Shown here piece after piece: positions 63,851-64,000 of a DNA stretch of 64,000 nucleotides (its first letter is position 1; each line of letters opens with the position of its first letter). The position numbers and the translations under genes were made by a program. Origin of the DNA: Oopsacas minuta. Lineage: Eukaryota; Animalia; Porifera. The stretch spans positions 236,630 to 300,629 of the forward strand of contig JAKMXF010000314.1 of assembly GCA_024704765.1 (NCBI GenBank). The letters run 5' to 3'. The notes under the pieces are model-generated. The model saw nothing but the letters and a program-made list of their open reading frames with translations. It searched no databases and was not told the DNA's origin.

Positions 63851-64000
63851 TACGTAATTGTGTATTTAGAGATGTTACGAAGCATGGAAATGTTTAAAAT
63901 TGTAAAATTTAGGCTGGTATTAGAGGATAAGTAGATATAATTGACATTTTACAGTTGGAAGTAACCCATAAATGGTATAGATTTTCGATGTGATGATATA

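Overview
AT-rich eukaryotic DNA, probably from an invertebrate animal (inference), dominated by decayed transposable elements. The only host gene I can support is a minus-strand JIP3/JIP4-like (Sunday driver) kinesin adaptor. Three of its exons (50740-50511, 32970-32721, 17061-16688) splice in frame across introns of about 17.5 kb and 15.7 kb. The rest of the window holds remnants of many TE groups: three mariner copies, Tc1, pogo/Tigger nested in an L2/CR1-like LINE, several hAT types, Kolobok, MITEs, foldback elements and a DINE/Lep1-like dispersed family. Two elements stand out. (1) A 3.19-kb Transib/RAG1-like transposon (58703-61888) has exact CACAGTG RSS-heptamer ends, recognisable D-D-E and zinc ligands, a C-terminal zinc knuckle resembling the RAG1L tail, and a nonamer-like motif 12 bp inside one end. 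(2) A Ginger-type DNA transposon (5273-6828) has TGT...ACA ends, a GGTC target duplication and an integrase gene split by spliceosomal introns. No CRISPR, rRNA or tRNA was seen. All family assignments are by eye from remembered motifs; no searches were run.
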